Shown in pieces: positions 28,320-43,546 of a DNA stretch of 64,000 bases. The translations under genes and the position numbers were made by a program. The stretch spans positions 407,278,001 through 407,342,000 of the forward strand of contig OZ024740.1 of assembly GCA_964016885.1 (NCBI GenBank), read 5' to 3'. The notes beneath the pieces are model-generated. The model was not told where the DNA came from. It saw nothing but the letters and a program-made list of their open reading frames with translations, and made no database searches. Within the stretch, counting starts at the first letter, position 1; each line of letters begins with the position of its first letter. The stretch is from Eledone cirrhosa. Taxonomy: Eukaryota.

Positions 28320-31300
28320 TAGCAATGTGACAGACTGACAAGACACTGAATAGCAATGTGACAGACTGACAAGACACTGAATAGCAATGTGGCCCACTGA
28401 CAAGACACTGAATAGCAATGTGGCCCACTGACAAGACACTGAATAGCAATGTGGCCCACTGACAAGACACTGAATAGCAAAGTGGCTCACTGACAAGATA
28501 CTACATAGCAACGTGGCCGAGAGACAAGACACTGAATAGCAATGTGGCCCACTGACAAGACGCTACATAGCAATGTGGCCCACTGACAAGACCCTACATA
28601 GCAATGTGGTCCACTGACAAGACACTGAATAGCAATGTGACAGACTGACAAGACACTGAATAGCAATGTGGCCCACTGACAAGACACGACATAGCAATGT
28701 GGCTCACTGACAAGACACTGAATAGCAATGTGGCCCACTGACAAGACACTACATAGCAATGTGGCTCACTGACAAGACACCACATAGCAATGTGGCCCAC
28801 TGACAAGACACTGAATAGCAATGTGGCCCACTCACAAGACTCTACATAGCAATGTGGCTCACTGACAAGACACTGAATAGCAATGTGACAGACTGACAAG
28901 ACACTGAATAGCAATGTGACAGACTGACAAGACACTGAATAGCAATGTGGCCCACTGACAAGACACTACATAGCAATGTGGCCCACTGACAAGACACTGA
29001 ATAGCAATGTGGCCCACTGACAAGACACTACATAGCAATGTGGCTCACTGACAAGACACTACATAGCAATGTGGCCCACTGACAAGACACTGAATAGCAA
29101 TGTGGCCCACTGACAACACACGACATAGCAATGTGGCTCACTGACAAGACACTGAATAGCAATGTGGCCCACTGACAAGACACTACATAGCAATGTGGCT
29201 CACTGACAAGACACTTAATAGCAATGTGGCCCACTGACAAGACACTGAATAGCAATGTTGCCCTCTGACAAGACACTACATAGCAATGTGGCCCACTGAC
29301 AAGACACTACATAGCAATGTGGCCCACTGACAAGACACTGAATAGCAATGTGGCCCACTGACAAGACACTACATAGCAATGTGACAGACTGACAAGACAC
29401 TGAATAGCAATGTGGCCCACTGACAAGACACTACATAGCAATGTGGCTCATTGACAAGACACTGAATAGCAATGTGACACACTGACAAGACACTGAATAG
29501 CAATGTGTCCCACTGACAAGACACTGAATAGCAATGTGGCTCACTGACAAGATACTACATAGCAACGTGGCCGAAAGACAAGACACTGAATAGCAATGTG
29601 ACAGACTGACAAGACACTGAATAGCAATGTGACAGACTGACAAGACACTGAATAGCAATGTGGCCCACTGACAAGACACTGAATAGCAATGTGGCCCACT
29701 GACAAGACACTGAATAGCAATGTGGCCCACTGACAAGACACTGAATAGCAAAGTGGCTCACTGACAAGATACTACATAGCAACGTGGCCGAGAGACAAGA
29801 CACTGAATAACAATGTGGCCCACTGACAAGACGCTACATAGCAATGTGGCCCACTGACAAGACCCTACATAGCAATGTGGCCCACTGACAAGACACTGAA
29901 TAGCAATGTGACAGACTGACAAGACACTGAATAGCAATGTGGCCCACTGACAAGACACGACATAGCAATGTGGCTCACTGACAAGACACTGAATAGCAAT
30001 GTGGCCCACTGACAAGACACTACATAGCAATGTGGCTCACTGACAAGACACTACATAGCAATGTGGCCCACTGACAAGACACTGAATAGCAATGTGGCCC
30101 ACTGACAAGACACTACATAGCAATGTGGCTCACTGACAAGACACTGAATAGCAATGTGACAGGCTGACAAGACACTGAATAGCAATGTGACAGACTGACA
30201 AGACACTGAATAGCAATGTGGCCCACTGACAAGACACTACATAGCAATGTGGCCCACTGACAAGACACTGAATAGCAATGTGGCCCACTGACAAGACACT
30301 ACATAGCAATGTGGCTCACTGACAAGACACTACATAGCAATGTGGCCCACTGACAAGACACTGAATAGCAATGTGGCCCACTGACAAGACACTACATAGC
30401 AATGTGGCCCACTGACAAGACACAACATAGCAATGTGGCCCACTGACAAGACACTACATAGCAATGTGGCCCACTGGCAAGACACTGAATAGCAATGTGG
30501 CCCACTGACAAGACACTACATAGTAATGTGGCTCACTGACAAGACACTGAATAGCAATGTGGCCCACTGACAAGACACTGAATAGCAATGTTGCCCACTG
30601 ACAAGACACTACATAGCAATGTGGCCCACTGACAAGACACTACATAGCAATGTGGCCCACTGACAAGACACTGAATAGCAATGTGGCCCACTGACAAGAC
30701 ACTACATAGCAATGTGACAGACTGACAAGACACTGAATAGCAATGTGGCCCACTGACAAGACACTACATAGCAATGTGGCTCACTGACAAGACACTGAAT
30801 AGCATTGTGGCTCACTGACAAGATACTACATAGCAATGTGGCCGAGAGACAAGACACTGAATAGCAATATGGCCCACTGACAAAACACTACATAGCAATG
30901 TGGCCCACTGACAAGACACTACATAGCAATGTGGCCCACTGACAAAACACTACATAGCAATGTGGCCCACTGACAAGACACTACATAGCAATGTGGCCCA
31001 CTGACAAGACACTGAATAGCAATGTGGCCCACTAACAAGACACTACATAGCAATGTGGCTCACTGACAGGACACTGAATAGCAATGTGACACACTGACAA
31101 GACACTGAATAGCAATGTGTCCCACTGACAAGACACTGAATAGCAATGTGGCTCACTGACAAGATACTACATAGCAACGTGGCCGAGAGACAAGACACTG
31201 AATAGCAATGTGACAGACTGACAAGACACTGAATAGCAATGTGACAGACTGACAAGACACTGAATAGCAATGTGGCCCACTGACAAGACACTGAATAGCA

Positions 31301-33960
31301 ATGTGGCCCACTGACAAGACACTGAATAGCAATGTGGCCCACTGACAAGACACTGAATAGCATTGTGGCTCACTGACAAGATACTACATAGCAACGTGGC
31401 CGAGAGACAAGACACTGAATAGCAATGTGGCCCACTGACAAGACGCTACATAGCAATGTGGCCCACTGACAAGACCCTACATAGCAATGTGGTCCACTGA
31501 CAAGACACTGAATAGCAATGTGACAGACTGACAAGACACTGAATAGCAATGTGGCCCACTGACAAGACACGACATAGCAATGTGGCTCACTGACAAGACA
31601 CTGAATAGCAATGTGGCCCACTGACAAGACACTACATAGCAATGTGGCTCACTGACAAGACACCACATAGCAATGTGGCCCACTGACAAGACACTGAATA
31701 GCAATGTGGCCCACTGACAAGACACTACATAGCAATGTGGCTCACTGACAAGACACTGAATAGCAATGTGACAGACAGACAAGACACTGAATAGCAATGT
31801 GACAGACTGACAAGACACTGAATAGCAATGTGGCCCACTGACAAGACACTACATAGCAATGTGGCCCACTGACAAGACACTGAATAGCAATGTGGCCCAC
31901 TGACAAGACACTACATAGCAATGTGGCTCACTGACAAGACACTACATAGCAATGTGGCCCACTGACAAGACACTGAATAGCAATGTGGCCCACTGACAAG
32001 ACACTACATAGCAATGTGGCCCACTGACAAGACACAACATAGCAATGTGGCCCACTGACAAGACACTACATAGCAATGTGGCCCACTGACAAGACACTGA
32101 ATAGCAATGTGGCCCACTGACAAGACACTACATAGCAATGTGGCTCACTGACAAGACACTGAATAGCAATGTGGCCCACTGACAAGACACTACATAGCAA
32201 TGTGGCTCACTGACAAGACACTTAATAGCAATGTGGCCCACTGACAAGACACTGAATAGCAATGTTGCCCACTGACAAGACACTACATAGCAATGTGGCC
32301 CACTGACAAGACACTACATAGCAATGTGGCCCACTGACAAGACACTGAATAGCAATGTGGCCCACTGACAAGACACTACATAGCAATGTGACAGACTGAC
32401 AAGACACTGAATAGCAATGTGGCCCACTGACAAGACACTACATAGCAATGTGGCTCATTGACAAGACACTGAATAGCAATGTGACACACTGACAAGACAC
32501 TGAATAGCAATGTGTCCCACTGACAAGACACTGAATAGCAATGTGGCTCACTGACAAGATACTACATAGCAACGTGGCCGAAAGACAAGACACTGAATAG
32601 CAATGTGACAGACTGACAAGACACTGAATAGCAATGTGACAGACTGACAAGACACTGAATAGCAATGTGGCCCACTGACAAGACACTGAATAGCAATGTG
32701 GCCCACTGACAAGACACTGAATAGCAATGTGGCCCACTGACAAGACACTGAATAGCAAAGTGGCTCACTGACAAGATACTACATAGCAACGTGGCCGAGA
32801 GACAAGACACTGAATAGCAATGTGGCCCACTGACAAGACGCTACATAGCAATGTGGCCCACTGACAAGACCCTACATAGCAATGTGGCCCACTGACAAGA
32901 CACTGAATAGCAATGTGACAGACTGACAAGACACTGAATAGCAATGTGGCCCACTGACAAGACACGACATAGCAATGTGGCTCACTGACAAGACACTGAA
33001 TAGCAATGTGGCCCACTGACAAGACACTACATAGCAATGTGGCTCACTGACAAGACACTACATAGCAATGTGGCCCACTGACAAGACACTGAATAGCAAT
33101 GTGGCCCACTGACAGGACACTACATAGCAACGTGGCTCACTGACAAGACACTGAATAGCAATGTGACAGACTGACAAGACACTGAATAGCAATGTGACAG
33201 ACTGACAAGACACTGAATAGCAATGTGGCCCACTGACAAGACACTACATAGCAATGTGGCCCACTGACAAGACACTGAATAGCAATGTGGCCCACTGACA
33301 AGACACTACATAGCAATGTGGCTCACTGACAAGACACTACATAGCAATGTGGCCCACTGACAAGACACTGAATAGCAATGTGGCCCACTGACAAGACACT
33401 ACATAGCAATGTGGCCCACTGACAAGACACAACATAGCAATGTGGCCCACTGACAAGACACTACATAGCAATGTGGCCTACTGGCAAGACACTGAATAGC
33501 AATGTGGCCCACTGACAAGACACTACATAGCAATGTGGCTCACTGACAAGACACTGAATAGCAATGTGGCCCACTGACAAGACACCGAATAGCAATGTTG
33601 CCCACTGACAAGACACTACATAGCAATGTGGCCCACTGACAAGACACTACATAGCAATGTGGCCCACTGACAAGACACTGAATAGCAATGTGGCCCACTG
33701 ACAAGACACTACATAGCAATGTGACAGACTGACAAGACACTGAATAGCAATGTGGCCCACTGACAAGACACTACATAGCAATGTGGCTCACTGACAAGAC
33801 ACTGAATAGCATTGTGGCTCACTGACAAGATACTACATAGCAATGTGGCCGAGAGACAAGACACTGAATAGCAATATGGCCCACTGACAAAACACTACAT
33901 AGCAATGTGGCCCACTGACAAGACACTACATAGCAATGTGGCCCACTGACAAGACACTAC
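28320..33960 (+). repeat. More diverged tandem duplication, about 3-kb unit (offsets 2883 = 93x31, then 3007 = 97x31)
   Basis: ORF pairs 28487/31370 and 28594/31477 differ by 2883. Pairs 29215/32222, 29431/32438 and 30533/33540 differ by 3007. Shared variants are gctcattgac, ccgaaagac and gacaccacat, and each copy also has private substitutions. Confidence 0.85.
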
Positions 33961-35872
33961 ATAGCAATATGACCCACTGACAAGACACTACATAGCAATG
34001 TGGCCCACTAACAAGACACTACATAGCAATGTGACCCACTGACAAGACACTGAATAGCAATGTGGGTTACTGACGAGACACTGAATAGCAATGTGGCCCA
34101 CTGACAAGACACTACCTAGCAATGTGGCCCACTGACAAGACACTACATAGCAATGTGTCCCACTGACAAGACATTCAATAGCAATGTGGCCCACTGACAA
34201 GACACTACATAACAATGTGGCCCACTGACAAGACACTGAATAGCAATGTGGCCCACTGACAAGACACTGAATAGCAATGTGGCCCACTGACAGGACACTG
34301 AATAGCAATGTGGCCCACTGACAAGACACTGAATAGCAATGTGGCCCACTGACAAGTCACTACATAGCAATGTGGCCCACTGACAAGACACTGAATAGAA
34401 ATGTGGCCCACTTACAAGACACTGAATAGCAATGTGGCCCACTGACAAAACACTACATAGCAATGTGGCCCACTGACAAGACACTACATAGCAATGTGGC
34501 CCACTGACAAGACACTACATAGCAATGTGGCCCACTGATAAGACACTGAATAGCAATGTGGCCCACTGACAAGACACTGAATAGCAATGTGGCCCACTGA
34601 CAAAACACTACATAGCAATGTGGCCCACTGACAAGACACTACATAGCAATGTGGCTCACTGACAAGACACTGAATAGCAATGTGACAGACTGACAAGACA
34701 CTGAATAGCAATGTGACAGACTGACAACACACTGAAAAGCAATGTGGCCCACTGACAAGACACTACATAGCAATGTGGCCCACTGACAAGACACTGAATA
34801 GCAATGTGGCCCACTGACAAGACACTACATAGCAATGTGGCTCACTGACAAGACACTACATAGCAATGTGGCCCACTGACAAGACACTGAATAGCAATGT
34901 GGCCCACTGACAAGACACTACATAGCAATGTGGCCCACTGACAAGACACTGAATAGCAATGTGGCCCACTGACAAGACACTACATAGCAATGTGGCTCAC
35001 TGACAAGACACTACATAGCAATGTGGCCCACTGACAAGACACTGAATGGCAATGTGGCCCACTGACAAGACACAACATAGCAATGTGGCCCACTGACAAG
35101 ACACTACATAGCAATGTGGCCCACTGACAAGACACTGAATAGCAAAGTGGCCCACTGACAAGACACTACATAGCAATGTGGCTCACCGACAAGACACTGA
35201 ATAGCAATGTGGCCCACTGACAAGACACTACATAGCAATGTGGCTCACTGACAAGACACTGAATAGCAATGTGGCCCACTGACAAGACACTGAATAGCAA
35301 TGTTGCCCACTGACAAGACACTATATAGCAATGTGGCCCACTGACAAGACACTGAATAGCAATGTGACAGACTGACAAGACACTGAATAGCAATGTGGCC
35401 CACTGACAAGACACTGAATAGCAATGTGGCCCAGTGACAAGACACTACATAGCAATGAGCCTCACTGACAAGACACTGAATAGCATTGTGGCTCACTGAC
35501 AAGATACTACATAGCAATGTGGCCGAGAGACAAGACACTGAATAGCAATGTGGCCCACAGACAAGGCACTGAATAGCAATGTGGCCCACTGACAAGACAC
35601 TGAATAGCAATGTGGCCCACTGACAAGACACTACCTAGCAAGTGGCCCACTGACAAGACATTGAATAGCAATAGTGGCTCACTGACAAGACACTGAATAA
35701 CAATGTGGCCCACTGACAAGACACTGAATAGCAATGTGGCCCAATGACAAGACACTGAACAGCAATGTGGCCCACTGACAAGACACTACATAGCAATGTG
35801 GCCCACTGACAAGACACTGAATAGCAATGTGGCCCACTTACAAGACACTGAATAGCAATGTGGCCCACTGAT

Positions 35873-38800
35873 AAGACACTGAATAGCAATGTGGCCCACT
35901 GACAAGACACTGAATAGCAATGTGGCACACTGACAAGACTCTGCATAGCAATGTGGCCCACTGACAAAACACTACATAGCAATGTGGCCCACTGAAAAGA
36001 CTCTGCATAGCAATGTGGCCCACTGACAAGACACTACATAGCAATGTGGCCCACTGACAAGATGTTGAATAGCAATGTGGCCCACTGACAAGACACTACA
36101 TAGCAATGTGGCCCACTGACAAGATGTTGAATAGCAATGTGGCCCACTGACAAGACACTACAGAGCAATGTGGCCCAGTGACAAGATGCTGAATAGCAAT
36201 GTGGCCCACTGACAAGACACTACATAGCAATGTGTCCCACTGACAAGACATTGAATAGCAATGTGGCCCACTGACAAGACACTACATAACAATGTGGCCC
36301 ACTGACAAGACACTGAATAGCAATGTGGCCCACTGACAAGACAATGAATAGCAATGTGTCTCACTGACAAGACACTACATAGCAATGTGGCCCACTGACA
36401 AGACACTGAATAGCAATGTGGCCCACTGACAAGACACTACATAGCAATGTGGCCCACTGACAAGACACTGAATAGCAATGTGGCCCACTAACAAGACACT
36501 ACATAGCAATGTGGCTCACTGACAAGACACTGAATAGCAATGTGACACACTGACAAGACACTGAATAGCAATGTGTCCCACTGACAAGACACTGAATAGC
36601 AATGTGGCTCACTGACAAGATACTACATAGCAACGTGGCCGAGAGACAAGACACTGAATAGCAATGTGACAGACTGACAAGACACTGAATAGCAATGTGA
36701 CAGACTGACAAGACACTGAATAGCAATGTGGCCCACTGACAAGACACTGAATAGCAATGTGGCCCACTGACAAGACACTGAATAGCAATGTGGCCCACTG
36801 ACAAGACACTGAATAGCAAAGTGGCTCACTGACAAGATACTACATAGCAACGTGGCCGAGAGACAAGACACTGAATAGCAATGTGGCCCACTGACAAGAC
36901 GCTACATAGCAATGTGGCCCACTGACAAGACCCTACATAGCAATGTGGTCCACTGACAAGACACTGAATAGCAATGTGACAGACTGACAAGACACTGAAT
37001 AGCAATGTGGCCCACTGACAAGACACTACATAGCAATGTGGCTCACTGACAAGACACTACATAGCAATGTGGCCCACTGACAAGACACTGAATAGCAATG
37101 TGGCCCACTGACAAGACACTACATAGCAATGTGGCTCACTGACAAGACACTGAATAGCAATGTGACAGACTGACAAGACACTGAATAGCAATGTGACAGA
37201 CTGCAAGACACTGAATAGCAATGTGGCCCACTGACAAGACACTACATAGCAATGTGGCCCACTGACAAGACACTGAATAGCAATGTGGCCCACTGACAAG
37301 ACACTACATAGCAATGTGGCTCACTGACAAGACACTACATAGCAATGTGGCCCACTGACAAGACACTGAATAGCAATGTGGCCCACTGACAAGACACTAC
37401 ATAGCAATGTGGCCCACTGACAAGACACAACATAGCAATGTGGCCCACTGACAAGACACTACATAGCAATGTGGCCCACTGACAAGACACTGAATAGCAA
37501 TGTGGCCCACTGACAAGACACTACATAGCAATGTGGCTCACTGACAAGACACTGAATAGCAATGTGGCCCACTGACAAGACACTACATAGCAATGTGGCT
37601 CACTGACAAGACACTTAATAGCAATGTGGCCCACTGACAAGACACTGAATAGCAATGTTGCCCAATGACAAGACACTACATAGCAATGTGGCCCACTGAC
37701 AAGACACTACATAGCAATGTGGCCCACTGACAAGACACTGAATAGCAATGTGGCCCACTGACAAGACACTACATAGCAATGTGACAGACTGACAAGACAC
37801 TGAATAGCAATGTGGCCCACTGACAAGACACTACATAGCAATGTGGCTCACTGACAAGACACTGAATAGCAATGTGACAGACTGACAAGACACTGAATAG
37901 CAATGTAGCCCACTGACAAGACACTTAATAGCAATGTGGCCCACTGACAAGACACTACATAGCAATGTGGCTCACTGACAAGACACTGAATAGCATTGTG
38001 GCTCACTGACAAGATACTACATAGCAATGTGGCCGAGACAAGACACTGAATAGCAATGTGGCCCACTGACAAAACACTACATAGCAATGTGGCCCACTGA
38101 CAAGACACTACATAGCAATGTGGCCCACTGACAAGACACTACATAGCAATATGACCCACTGACAAGACACTACATAGCAATGTGGCCCACTAACAAGACA
38201 CTACATAGCAATGTGACCCACTGACAAGACACTGAATAGCAATGTGGGTTACTGACGAGACACTGAATAGCTATGTGGCCCACTGACAAGACACTACGTA
38301 GCAATGTGGCCCACTGACAAGACACTACATAGCAATGTGTCCCACTGACAAGACATTGAATAGCAATGTGGCCCACTGACAAGACACTACATAACAATGT
38401 GGCCCACTGATAAGACACTGAATAGCAATGTGGCCCACTGACAAGACACTGAATAGCAATGTGGCCCACTGACAAGACACTGAATAGCAATGTGGCCCAC
38501 TGACAAGACACTGAATAGCAATGTGGCCCACTGACAAGTCACTACATAGCAATGTGGCCCACTGACAAGACACTGAATAGAAATGTGGCCCACTTACAAG
38601 ACACTGAATAGCAATGTGGCCCACTGACAAAACACTACATAGCAATGTGGCCCACTGACAAGACACTACATAGCAATGTGGCCCACTGATAAGACACTGA
38701 ATAGCAATGTGGCCCACTGACAAGACACTGAATAGCAATGTGGCCCACTGACAAAACACTACATAGCAATGTGGCCCACTGACAAGACACTACATAGCAA

Positions 38801-41800
38801 TGTGGCTCACTGACAAGACACTGAATAGCAATGTGACAGACTGACAAGACACTGAATAGCAATGTGACAGACTGACAAGACACTGAAAAGCAATGTGGCC
38901 CACTGACAAGACACTACATAGCAATGTGGCCCACTGACAAGACACTGAATAGCAATGTGGCCCACTGACAAGACACTACATAGCAATGTGGCTCACTGAC
39001 AAGACACTACATAGCAATGTGGCCCACTGACAAGACACTGAATAGCAATGTGGCCCACTGACAAGACACTACATAGCAATGTGGCCCACTGACAAGACAC
39101 TGAATAGCAATGTGGCCCACTGACAAGACACTACGTAGCAATGTGGCTCACTGACAAGACACTACATAGCAATGTGGCCCACTGACAAGACACTGAATAG
39201 CAATGTGGCCCACTGACAAGACACAACATAGCAATGTGGCCCACTGACAAGACACTACATAGCAATGTGGCCCACTGACAAGACACTGAATAGCAATGTG
39301 GCCCACTGACAAGACACTACATAGCAATGTGGCTCACCGACAAGACACTGAATAGCAATGTGGCCCACTGACAAGACACTACATAGCAATGTGGCTCACT
39401 GACAAGACACTGAATAGCAATGTGGCCCACTGACAAGACACTGAATAGCAATGTTGCCCACTGACAAGACACTATATAGCAATGTGGCCCACTGACAAGA
39501 CACTGAATAGCAATGTGGCCCACTGACAAGACACTACATAACAATGTGGCCCACTGACAAGACACTGAATAGCAATGTGGCCCACTGACAAGACAATGAA
39601 TAGCAATGTGTCTCACTGACAAGACACTACATAGCAATGTGGCCCACTGACAAGACACTGAATAGCAATGTGGCCCACTGACAAGACACTGAATAGCAAT
39701 GTGGCCCACTGACAAGACACTGAATAGCAATGTGGCACACTGACAAGACTCTGCATAGCAATGTGGCCCACTGACAAAACACTACATAGCAATGTGGCCC
39801 ACTGAAAAGACTCTGCATAGCAATGTGGCCCACTGACAAGACACTACATAGCAATGTGGCCCACTGACAAGATGTTGAATAGCAATGTGGCCCACTGACA
39901 AGACACTACATAGCAATGTGGCCCACTGACAAGATGTTGAATAGCAATGTGGCCCACTGACAAGACACTACAGAGCAATGTGGCCCAGTGACAAGATGCT
40001 GAATAGCAATGTGGCCCACTGACAAGACACTACATAGCAATGTGTCCCACTGACAAGACATTGAATAGCAATGTGGCCCACTGACAAGACACTACATAAC
40101 AATGTGGCCCACTGACAAGACACTGAATAGCAATGTGGCCCACTGACAAGACAATGAATAGCAATGTGTCTCACTGACAAGACACTACATAGCAATGTGG
40201 CCCACTGACAAGACACTGAATAGCAATGTGGCCCACTGACAAGACACTACATAGCAATGTGGCCCACTGACAAGACACTGAATAGCAATGTGGCCCACTA
40301 ACAAGACACTACATAGCAATGTGGCTCACTGACAAGACACTGAATAGCAATGTGACACACTGACAAGACACTGAATAGCAATGTGTCCCACTGACAAGAC
40401 ACTGAATAGCAATGTGGCTCACTGACAAGATACTACATAGCAACGTGGCCGAGAGACAAGACACTGAATAGCAATGTGACAGACTGACAAGACACTGAAT
40501 AGCAATGTGACAGACTGACAAGACACTGAATAGCAATGTGGCCCACTGACAAGACACTGAATAGCAATGTGGCCCACTGACAAGACACTGAATAGCAATG
40601 TGGCCCACTGACAAGACACTGAATAGCAAAGTGGCTCACTGACAAGATACTACATAGCAACGTGGCCGAGAGACAAGACACTGAATAGCAATGTGGCCCA
40701 CTGACAAGACGCTACATAGCAATGTGGCCCACTGACAAGACCCTACATAGCAATGTGGTCCACTGACAAGACACTGAATAGCAATGTGACAGACTGACAA
40801 GACACTGAATAGCAATGTGGCCCACTGACAAGACACTACATAGCAATGTGGCTCACTGACAAGACACTACATAGCAATGTGGCCCACTGACAAGACACTG
40901 AATAGCAATGTGGCCCACTGACAAGACACTACATAGCAATGTGGCTCACTGACAAGACACTGAATAGCAATGTGACAGACTGACAAGACACTGAATAGCA
41001 ATGTGACAGACTGCAAGACACTGAATAGCAATGTGGCCCACTGACAAGACACTACATAGCAATGTGGCCCACTGACAAGACACTGAATAGCAATGTGGCC
41101 CACTGACAAGACACTACATAGCAATGTGGCTCACTGACAAGACACTACATAGCAATGTGGCCCACTGACAAGACACTGAATAGCAATGTGGCCCACTGAC
41201 AAGACACTACATAGCAATGTGGCCCACTGACAAGACACAACATAGCAATGTGGCCCACTGACAAGACACTACATAGCAATGTGGCCCACTGACAAGACAC
41301 TGAATAGCAATGTGGCCCACTGACAAGACACTACATAGCAATGTGGCTCACTGACAAGACACTGAATAGCAATGTGGCCCACTGACAAGACACTACATAG
41401 CAATGTGGCTCACTGACAAGACACTTAATAGCAATGTGGCCCACTGACAAGACACTGAATAGCAATGTTGCCCAATGACAAGACACTACATAGCAATGTG
41501 GCCCACTGACAAGACACTACATAGCAATGTGGCCCACTGACAAGACACTGAATAGCAATGTGGCCCACTGACAAGACACTACATAGCAATGTGACAGACT
41601 GACAAGACACTGAATAGCAATGTGGCCCACTGACAAGACACTACATAGCAATGTGGCTCACTGACAAGACACTGAATAGCAATGTGACAGACTGACAAGA
41701 CACTGAATAGCAATGTAGCCCACTGACAAGACACTTAATAGCAATGTGGCCCACTGACAAGACACTACATAGCAATGTGGCTCACTGACAAGACACTGAA

Positions 41801-43546
41801 TAGCATTGTGGCTCACTGACAAGATACTACATAGCAATGTGGCCGAGACAAGACACTGAATAGCAATGTGGCCCACTGACAAAACACTACATAGCAATGT
41901 GGCCCACTGACAAGACACTACATAGCAATGTGGCCCACTGACAAGACACTACATAGCAATATGACCCACTGACAAGACACTACATAGCAATGTGGCCCAC
42001 TAACAAGACACTACATAGCAATGTGACCCACTGACAAGACACTGAATAGCAATGTGGGTTACTGACGAGACACTGAATAGCTATGTGGCCCACTGACAAG
42101 ACACTACGTAGCAATGTGGCCCACTGACAAGACACTACATAGCAATGTGTCCCACTGACAAGACATTGAATAGCAATGTGGCCCACTGACAAGACACTAC
42201 ATAACAATGTGGCCCACTGATAAGACACTGAATAGCAATGTGGCCCACTGACAAGACACTGAATAGCAATGTGGCCCACTGACAAGACACTGAATAGCAA
42301 TGTGGCCCACTGACAAGACACTGAATAGCAATGTGGCCCACTGACAAGTCACTACATAGCAATGTGGCCCACTGACAAGACACTGAATAGAAATGTGGCC
42401 CACTTACAAGACACTGAATAGCAATGTGGCCCACTGACAAAACACTACATAGCAATGTGGCCCACTGACAAGACACTACATAGCAATGTGGCCCACTGAT
42501 AAGACACTGAATAGCAATGTGGCCCACTGACAAGACACTGAATAGCAATGTGGCCCACTGACAAAACACTACATAGCAATGTGGCCCACTGACAAGACAC
42601 TACATAGCAATGTGGCTCACTGACAAGACACTGAATAGCAATGTGACAGACTGACAAGACACTGAATAGCAATGTGACAGACTGACAAGACACTGAAAAG
42701 CAATGTGGCCCACTGACAAGACACTACATAGCAATGTGGCCCACTGACAAGACACTGAATAGCAATGTGGCCCACTGACAAGACACTACATAGCAATGTG
42801 GCTCACTGACAAGACACTACATAGCAATGTGGCCCACTGACAAGACACTGAATAGCAATGTGGCCCACTGACAAGACACTACATAGCAATGTGGCCCACT
42901 GACAAGACACTGAATAGCAATGTGGCCCACTGACAAGACACTACGTAGCAATGTGGCTCACTGACAAGACACTACATAGCAATGTGGCCCACTGACAAGA
43001 CACTGAATAGCAATGTGGCCCACTGACAAGACACAACATAGCAATGTGGCCCACTGACAAGACACTACATAGCAATGTGGCCCACTGACAAGACACTGAA
43101 TAGCAATGTGGCCCACTGACAAGACACTACATAGCAATGTGGCTCACCGACAAGACACTGAATAGCAATGTGGCCCACTGACAAGACACTACATAGCAAT
43201 GTGGCTCACTGACAAGACACTGAATAGCAATGTGGCCCACTGACAAGACACTGAATAGCAATGTTGCCCACTGACAAGACACTATATAGCAATGTGGCCC
43301 ACTGACAAGACACTGAATAGCAATGTGGCCCACTGACAAGACACTACATAACAATGTGGCCCACTGACAAGACACTGAATAGCAATGTGGCCCACTGACA
43401 AGACAATGAATAGCAATGTGTCTCACTGACAAGACACTACATAGCAATGTGGCCCACTGACAAGACACTGAATAGCAATGTGGCCCACTGACAAGACACT
43501 GAATAGCAATGTGGCCCACTGACAAGACACTGAATAGCAATGTGGC
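35873..43546 (+). repeat. Tandem duplication, 3810-bp unit (123 monomers, -3 bp): about 35873-39682 and 39683-43546
   Basis: ORF pairs 36158/39968, 37057/40867, 38170/41980 and 39317/43127 differ by 3810. Both copies carry a 30-bp monomer (agactgcaag at 37198/41008) and a 29-bp monomer (38031/41841). Confidence 0.93.
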
